Made by a program: the position numbers and the translations under genes
In this document: positions 59,338-64,000 of the stretch, in pieces
Layout: each line of letters starts with the position of its first letter
Position numbering within the stretch: the first letter of the stretch is position 1
Virus record (IMG/VR): IMGVR_UViG_3300042542_006078
DNA from: a virus
Taxonomy: Duplodnaviria; Caudoviricetes
DNA: 64,000 nt
Strand: one strand, 5' to 3'
The notes under the pieces: model-generated
Databases searched by the model: none
The model's input: only the letters and a program-made list of their open reading frames with translations
What the model was told of the DNA's origin: nothing

Positions 59338-59547
59338 ATGAACAGCTATAATATCACTGTCAAGATGCGGGATTTCAGCGGCTTCGTAATCGGGGCCAAA
59401 ATAAAATGTGACGGCGATCACATGTACCACGCTGACGAGCGTGGACAGATCCTATCTGTGCCTCCCGATAAGAAAATGGTTTATACCATCTTGTGGCAGG
59501 ATGGAACCGTGGATAGAATCCACTCTGATTTTATCCAGCTAATATAA
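59338..59547 (+). CDS. Hypothetical early protein
   Basis: Promoter 59264, GGAG RBS. Confidence 0.6.
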   Translation: MNSYNITVKMRDFSGFVIGAKIKCDGDHMYHADERGQILSVPPDKKMVYTILWQDGTVDRIHSDFIQLI

Positions 59548-59553
59548 AGACAT

Positions 59554-59589
59554 GGTATGAGGTGATATCACCTCATACCTTTTTTTATT
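59554..59589 (+). terminator. Perfect 26-bp palindrome GGTATGAGGTGATATCACCTCATACC plus T-run (also at 59997-60022 and 60406-60431)
   Basis: Identical palindrome after three consecutive ORFs. Confidence 0.8.
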
Positions 59590-59774
59590 TGCCATTACTT
59601 TTACGCACTTGTACTCTGAGCTTCGCTTTGGCCTCGCTCCAGAATTACAGACAAGAATGTCTGTTGTCCAAACTGCTTCGGAAAGCCGAGAAGCAAAGCC
59701 GATATATGGGTGTGGTGACAAGGAAACAATCGAGGCCATCGCCTCAGACTTGTCTCACAATTGAGGATTCGACC

Positions 59775-59990
59775 ATGAACATGAACATTGCGACCATCAA
59801 AGACATCAATGACATCTATAAGATGAAAAAGGTGGTGCGCCGCCAAAAAGAGGCGGTGGTGCAGGAAAAAGGATTGGCCACCTTCTACGGGGCACCTTGC
59901 CCCGAGTATATCACATTGAAGGAAAAATCTCTAGAAGATATAGAAAGGAAGCTCAACGATATGTTGAGCAACATGGATATGGCAGACTGA
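59775..59990 (+). CDS. Hypothetical early protein
   Basis: Promoter 59670, GAGG RBS. Confidence 0.6.
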   Translation: MNMNIATIKDINDIYKMKKVVRRQKEAVVQEKGLATFYGAPCPEYITLKEKSLEDIERKLNDMLSNMDMAD

Positions 59991-60168
59991 TGGTAAGGTA
60001 TGAGGTGATATCACCTCATACCTTTTTTTATTTGTCATTGCTTTTACGCACTTGTACTCTCAGTCCCGACAATTAAAGACAAGATTGTCTGTTGTCCAAA
60101 CTGCTTCGGAAAGCCGAGAAGCAAAGCCGATATATGGGTGTAACGAAACCACAACAAGGAGAATGATC

Positions 60169-60399
60169 ATGGCTAACCTCAACAACCTGATTCGTATGGG
60201 GGCCGACAAGGCAATAGTTGCGGCTGTGATGGCCAAAGAATCCCGCTGTATTGCTGGAGCAGTAAAGGGTTCACCCGTCAGGGTGATACTAAAATTTGGA
60301 CGAGCTGAGTGCCTGATGGGCACAGATGCTGGGGTACTAGAGGCCGTTAAGGCCTCTATCGGCGGACCCCGCACAGAAATCAGGCTTCTCAGAGCCTGA
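60169..60399 (+). CDS. Hypothetical early protein
   Basis: Promoter 60098, AAGGAG RBS. Confidence 0.65.
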   Translation: MANLNNLIRMGADKAIVAAVMAKESRCIAGAVKGSPVRVILKFGRAECLMGTDAGVLEAVKASIGGPRTEIRLLRA

Positions 60400-60574
60400 T
60401 GGTTAGGTATGAGGTGATATCACCTCATACCTTTTTTATTTGTCATTACTTTTACGCACTTGTACTCTCAGTCCTGACAATAAAGGACAAGATTGTCTGT
60501 TGTCCAAACTGCTTCGGAAAGCCGAGAAGCAAAGCCGATATATGGGTGTGACGATAACCACAAGGAGAAAGACA

Positions 60575-60889
60575 ATGGCTAACATGCTGCACACAACCCG
60601 GTCTCGGTTCATTGGTTCAGAGTCAAAGGCTTACGGCGACAGCGTATATTACGCTGTCCCGTTCACGGTTGATCGTGAATTGGGTGCTGGCTACATCGCT
60701 CGCAAGCGAGAAGCCTTAGACAGCCTTTACAAGAGGCTCGTCAAAGCCTACGAGAAGTATCAAAGGGCAGGGATAAAGGCCAACGGGTGCCACGCACCAG
60801 ATAACCTGCCTTATTATTACAACATAGAGATGACGAATGAAACTGAAGGGGTTTTGAAAGTAGAAATTTATCACAGTCGTGGAGACTGA
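60575..60889 (+). CDS. Hypothetical early protein
   Basis: Promoter 60506, AAGGAG RBS, terminator 60893-60920. Confidence 0.65.
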   Translation: MANMLHTTRSRFIGSESKAYGDSVYYAVPFTVDRELGAGYIARKREALDSLYKRLVKAYEKYQRAGIKANGCHAPDNLPYYYNIEMTNETEGVLKVEIYHSRGD

Positions 60890-61060
60890 TGAAAGGGGGC
60901 TTCGGCCCCCTTTTTTATTTGTCATTACTTTTACGCACTTGTACTCTCAGTCCCGACAATAAAGGACAAGATTGTCTGTTGTCCAAACTGCTTCGGAAAG
61001 GGGAGAAGCAAAGCCGATATATGGGTGTAAGATGTGTGACGATAACCAACAACAAGGAGA

Positions 61061-61249
61061 ATGATCATGGCTTACCACGATGACGGCAGATGCGACAGTT
61101 GCGAGAAGCACATCAAGCTCATTCCAGAGTGGAGCTTGAAGGAGCAGAATTCCCACATATACGGGAACGGAAAGCTTGGTTCGGCTTACTGTCCTTCCTG
61201 TGCGAAGGACTTTGTCGAGAATGAGTATCAGGATGGTGTTCGCTCTTGA
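61061..61249 (+). CDS. Small zinc-finger-like protein
   Basis: CDSC...CPSC; promoter 60985. Confidence 0.6.
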   Translation: MIMAYHDDGRCDSCEKHIKLIPEWSLKEQNSHIYGNGKLGSAYCPSCAKDFVENEYQDGVRS

Positions 61250-61362
61250 AATGACAATATAGACATCAATGTCCCCTTTCCAAACTGCTTCGGAAAGGGG
61301 AGAAGCAAAGCCGATATATGGATGTAAGATGTGTGACGATAACCAACAACAAGGAGAATGAA

Positions 61363-61452
61363 ATGAATCTTGCTGACTTTGTATTTTTATTCACGGCCAC
61401 AATGGTGGCCATCATGTCTGCTTCGTGTCTATATGACACGATTGCAGGATGA
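61363..61452 (+). CDS. 29-aa hydrophobic peptide (not in ORF track)
   Basis: Promoter 61282, AAGGAG RBS, terminator 61461-61505. Confidence 0.5.
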   Translation: MNLADFVFLFTATMVAIMSASCLYDTIAG

Positions 61453-61808
61453 TAGATTTAGTAACACTGTGATGCGAGTGACATCACAGTGTTACTTTTT
61501 TTTATTTCAAAATTATTTTACGCACTTGTACTCTAAAATATTTTTACACACTTGTACTCTAAAAATATTTTTACAAAAAAAATAATTCAAAAATTATTTG
61601 CTAAAAAGTTATAGCAGCAGATAGCCACCCTACCGCCGGTCCCTACTATGACCCCCTCCTTTTTTATTCATTAGCATTTTTTTATTTTTCCTAGATTTTT
61701 GCAAAGATTTAGTCCTGACAATTTTGGATAAATGCTGAAAAAGTTTGAAATCTTATAATGATGGCATCTTAAAAAAATGTGGAGTGGGGATTTTTGTTGA
61801 TTATGGTA

Positions 61809-62189
61809 TTACATTTTGAATTGTTCTAGTTCATTTTGGTTGATTAGGTATGCTTTGATATTTTTATGGTTTTTGGAATTTGCTTTATAGAGTCTATGTA
61901 CACCGTCAGCTATAAATAGTCCGTCTTGGTATTGGACTACTATGATTGGGTATTTGAGTTCAGTTTGTTCTGCTCTTTCGATGAATTCTGGGTGGCCGGG
62001 AAGTTCTGATCCTGATTCATGAGGAGATGGTTCTAGGTTGTGAAGTAGTGGTTCTATTGGTAGATTTTGTATTAATTTATTTTCTGTTGCGTATTTGACT
62101 ATTTTTGGAACTGAGTATGTTCCGTTGTTATCTGAGAATGTCTGGTCTTCCATTCTGTAGGATTCTAGGAATTGTTTGAATGTTTTCAT
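61809..62189 (-). CDS. ParB/Sulfiredoxin-like domain protein with capsid-targeting-like N-terminus
   Basis: YPIIVV...IADGVHRLYKA; MKTFKQFLES; TAAATA 4 nt upstream. Confidence 0.7.
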   Translation of the reverse strand: MKTFKQFLESYRMEDQTFSDNNGTYSVPKIVKYATENKLIQNLPIEPLLHNLEPSPHESGSELPGHPEFIERAEQTELKYPIIVVQYQDGLFIADGVHRLYKANSKNHKNIKAYLINQNELEQFKM

Positions 62190-62208
62190 GATTTATTTAG
62201 TGGTTTTT

Positions 62209-62802
62209 TTATTTTTTAAGGTCTGGGTAAAGGTCGAATATTTTTTGATAGTCATTTGGTTCAACTAGGTTTGATTCTAGTTCGTGTGCAATTGCTTGTT
62301 TGTGTACATTTCTCCATAATTCTTCACCTCCTTTGATATTGACATATTGATCTGGAGTTAGTTTATAAGCTAATGGTTCATCTGGTTCTTCGGGTTTATC
62401 TGGTTTATCTGGCATATTTGGTGGTTGAATATTCAGATTATAAGCCATAGTGAGTGTTGGTTGTCCAGAAAGGCTTGTCCATTTTTTGCCTGATGCTATT
62501 TCCAGTTCTGATCCATTTATTCTTATTGCGCTTCTGTTTTTTGGTGTAACTACTGATGTTTTTGTCATTGTGTTGAATATTACATTTTTTCCTTCGTCCC
62601 AATTTTTGTTTGCTGCGTCCATTAATTTTTGTGCGAATTCTTTTTTTATTGATCTGGATTGATTTTTGTATTCATCTAGTTCTTTTTTATATTTTTCCAT
62701 TTCTTTTTCATATTTTTCTTTAGATAAGATGTATTCATCATATTCATTATTTTCTTTGTATATGAAAAATTTATTTTCCATGAATTGCTTGAATGTTTTC
62801 AT
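62209..62802 (-). CDS. Hypothetical protein (MKTFKQFMEN start)
   Basis: Start moved to ATG 62802; TAAATA 5 nt upstream. Confidence 0.7.
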   Translation of the reverse strand: MKTFKQFMENKFFIYKENNEYDEYILSKEKYEKEMEKYKKELDEYKNQSRSIKKEFAQKLMDAANKNWDEGKNVIFNTMTKTSVVTPKNRSAIRINGSELEIASGKKWTSLSGQPTLTMAYNLNIQPPNMPDKPDKPEEPDEPLAYKLTPDQYVNIKGGEELWRNVHKQAIAHELESNLVEPNDYQKIFDLYPDLKK

Positions 62803-62816
62803 GGTAATATTTATTG

Positions 62817-63398
62817 TCATCCAGTAAAATCTGTGCCGAATAATTTTGATAATACGAGGTAAGATTTTTTGCAAGCTTTTTCTTTGTCGAATATTCGATT
62901 ACCCATACGAGCTTGTCCACTATTAAGCATTTCAGAATATAACATAGACCATCCTTTGCAGCCGTATTGACTGAATGTATATGGTGAAGTGTTTAGTATT
63001 GATGCGCTAAATCTTGCGTAAATTTTTGGTAATATTTCAATATTACCTTTTGAAACATCAGAATCTGGTTCTGGTGGCTCCAGCATGTCATATAGTTCTG
63101 GCATGTTTTTAATGTACATAGCTGCTCTGTTGACTTCTTCTTTTGGTCCGCAGTAGATGGTAATATCTTTTTCGTCTGGTTCACCTCCTCCTAATATTTT
63201 TGATTTCCATTTGTTGCCGCTATTTTCAATTATTTTTAGGACAAGTTTATAGGCATCGTTTCTTTTTTTGTCATCTAATCCTGTTCTGAGGTGAATTTTC
63301 CATCCTCCGAATCCACCTACTGGTATTGATCTTTGTTTTATTTGTGGTTGTTCTTCTTTTTGTTCTTGATTTTCGAGAAATTGTTTGAATGTGATCAT
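62817..63398 (-). CDS. Hypothetical protein (MITFKQFLEN start)
   Basis: WKIHL motif; TAAATA 5 nt upstream. Confidence 0.7.
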   Translation of the reverse strand: MITFKQFLENQEQKEEQPQIKQRSIPVGGFGGWKIHLRTGLDDKKRNDAYKLVLKIIENSGNKWKSKILGGGEPDEKDITIYCGPKEEVNRAAMYIKNMPELYDMLEPPEPDSDVSKGNIEILPKIYARFSASILNTSPYTFSQYGCKGWSMLYSEMLNSGQARMGNRIFDKEKACKKSYLVLSKLFGTDFTG

Positions 63399-63445
63399 GG
63401 TAATATTTAGTTGGTGTTTGAATTTTGTTAACTGTTAAATAAAGT

Positions 63446-64000
63446 TTATCTACGAGAACGAGACATAGCTTGAGAAACATAATTAGACAATTCTGGTCTA
63501 TTCTTCATTATAAATGAACAAATTCCCCAGAAGTCTGTTGAATATTTCATTAACAATGAAATATCATCAACTGTTAATTCTTTTTTATTTTGTATAATCA
63601 TTTTTGCAAATTCGTCTTTATTTTTAACAGAATTCATTATTTTTAATAATTCATCTTTTTCAATATTTTTCTCTAGTTTAAGTTTTTTGATTATTTCCAA
63701 GACAGTTGGATTTTTTTCTTTTATTTTAAGATATTTTTCTCTTTGTCCGTATGGGGTTTTATCAATAGATTTGAATTTGGCTATATCTGTTGATGTTGTC
63801 CAATTTTGAGATTTTTCTAAATCTTTCATTCTATTTTTGCTTTTTATCATCCCATCTTTTTCATAATATTTGTGTGGGTCGGTCGCATATCCGATCATAG
63901 TAATTGTTCCGTCATTTACTGGACGGAATTTAAGCAAGCAATATCCATCATCATATCCCCAATAAATAACGCCTTTTATTTTACTTTTTATCCATTCGTT
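63446..64000 (-). CDS. Partial hypothetical protein (open at window edge)
   Basis: Frame stays open from 64000 (NEWIKSK...) to the stop at 63446. Confidence 0.6.
   Translation of the reverse strand, partial: NEWIKSKIKGVIYWGYDDGYCLLKFRPVNDGTITMIGYATDPHKYYEKDGMIKSKNRMKDLEKSQNWTTSTDIAKFKSIDKTPYGQREKYLKIKEKNPTVLEIIKKLKLEKNIEKDELLKIMNSVKNKDEFAKMIIQNKKELTVDDISLLMKYSTDFWGICSFIMKNRPELSNYVSQAMSRSRR

Larger units (their letters stand above)
30073..61316 (+). promoter_or_regulatory. Dispersed family of 30 promoter-like motifs AAACTGCTTCGG-N7-AGAAGCAAAGCCGATA
   Basis: Copies start at about 30073,30486,30561,32583,35610,35682,37419,39987,43193,43676,45591,47691,49001,49776,50528,52975,53433,55174,55651,56229,56548,56972,57175,58772,59264,59670,60098,60506,60985,61282; all on +, nearly all just upstream of an RBS/ORF or the tRNA. 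Confidence 0.8.

Noticed and set aside
52900-61320. CRISPR-like or true integron interpretation of the promoter repeats
   Set aside because: The intervening sequences are whole ORFs with RBS and terminators (200-600 bp). No integron integrase is present, and I did not see attC RYYYAAC/GTTRRRY ends
979-63480. Many short antisense or overlapping ORFs in the track (e.g. 979..1206, 3953..4237, 10283..10714, 30413..30844, 50489..51184, 57162..57812)
   Set aside because: They shadow better-supported genes on the other strand or simply translate the promoter repeat (e.g. QTASESREAKPIYGC, HISALLL)
1-64000. Alternative genetic code (stop-codon reassignment seen in some huge phages)
   Set aside because: Genes are long and densely packed under table 11, and TAA, TGA and TAG all end ORFs next to the following gene

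Overview
AT-rich 64 kb window that reads as part of a large T4-like or jumbo bacteriophage genome. This is an inference from gene style, TAAATA late-promoter-like boxes, a tRNA and a dense early-gene region; no capsid, terminase or polymerase gene lies in the window. Four zones: (1) 1-28.5 kb, glycan-modification genes (methyltransferase, 7 glycosyltransferases including a 5-gene tandem mosaic array, DegT aminotransferase, GNAT, O-acetyltransferase), mixed with genes whose products start with a T4 capsid-targeting-like peptide (MxxFxE/QW/F..E), including kinase-like, ADP-ribosyltransferase-like, ankyrin and nuclease proteins. (2) 28.5-30 kb, a 1.5 kb non-coding region where strand composition flips, a candidate replication origin. 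(3) 30-61.5 kb, a plus-strand early region with 30 counted copies of a promoter-like motif ending in a sigma28-type GCCGATA box, plus terminator hairpins, an upstream 17-18 bp box and 19-21 bp-periodic palindrome arrays. It holds a RuvB-like ATPase, tRNA-Lys(UUU) and a complete-looking ubiquitin-like conjugation operon (E2, JAB protease, E1, Ubl ending in Gly), the standout candidate system. (4) 61.8-64 kb, more minus-strand genes with capsid-targeting-like N-termini. All family calls come from motif recognition by eye, not database searches. Several starts were moved from the ORF track to the ATG that follows the RBS.
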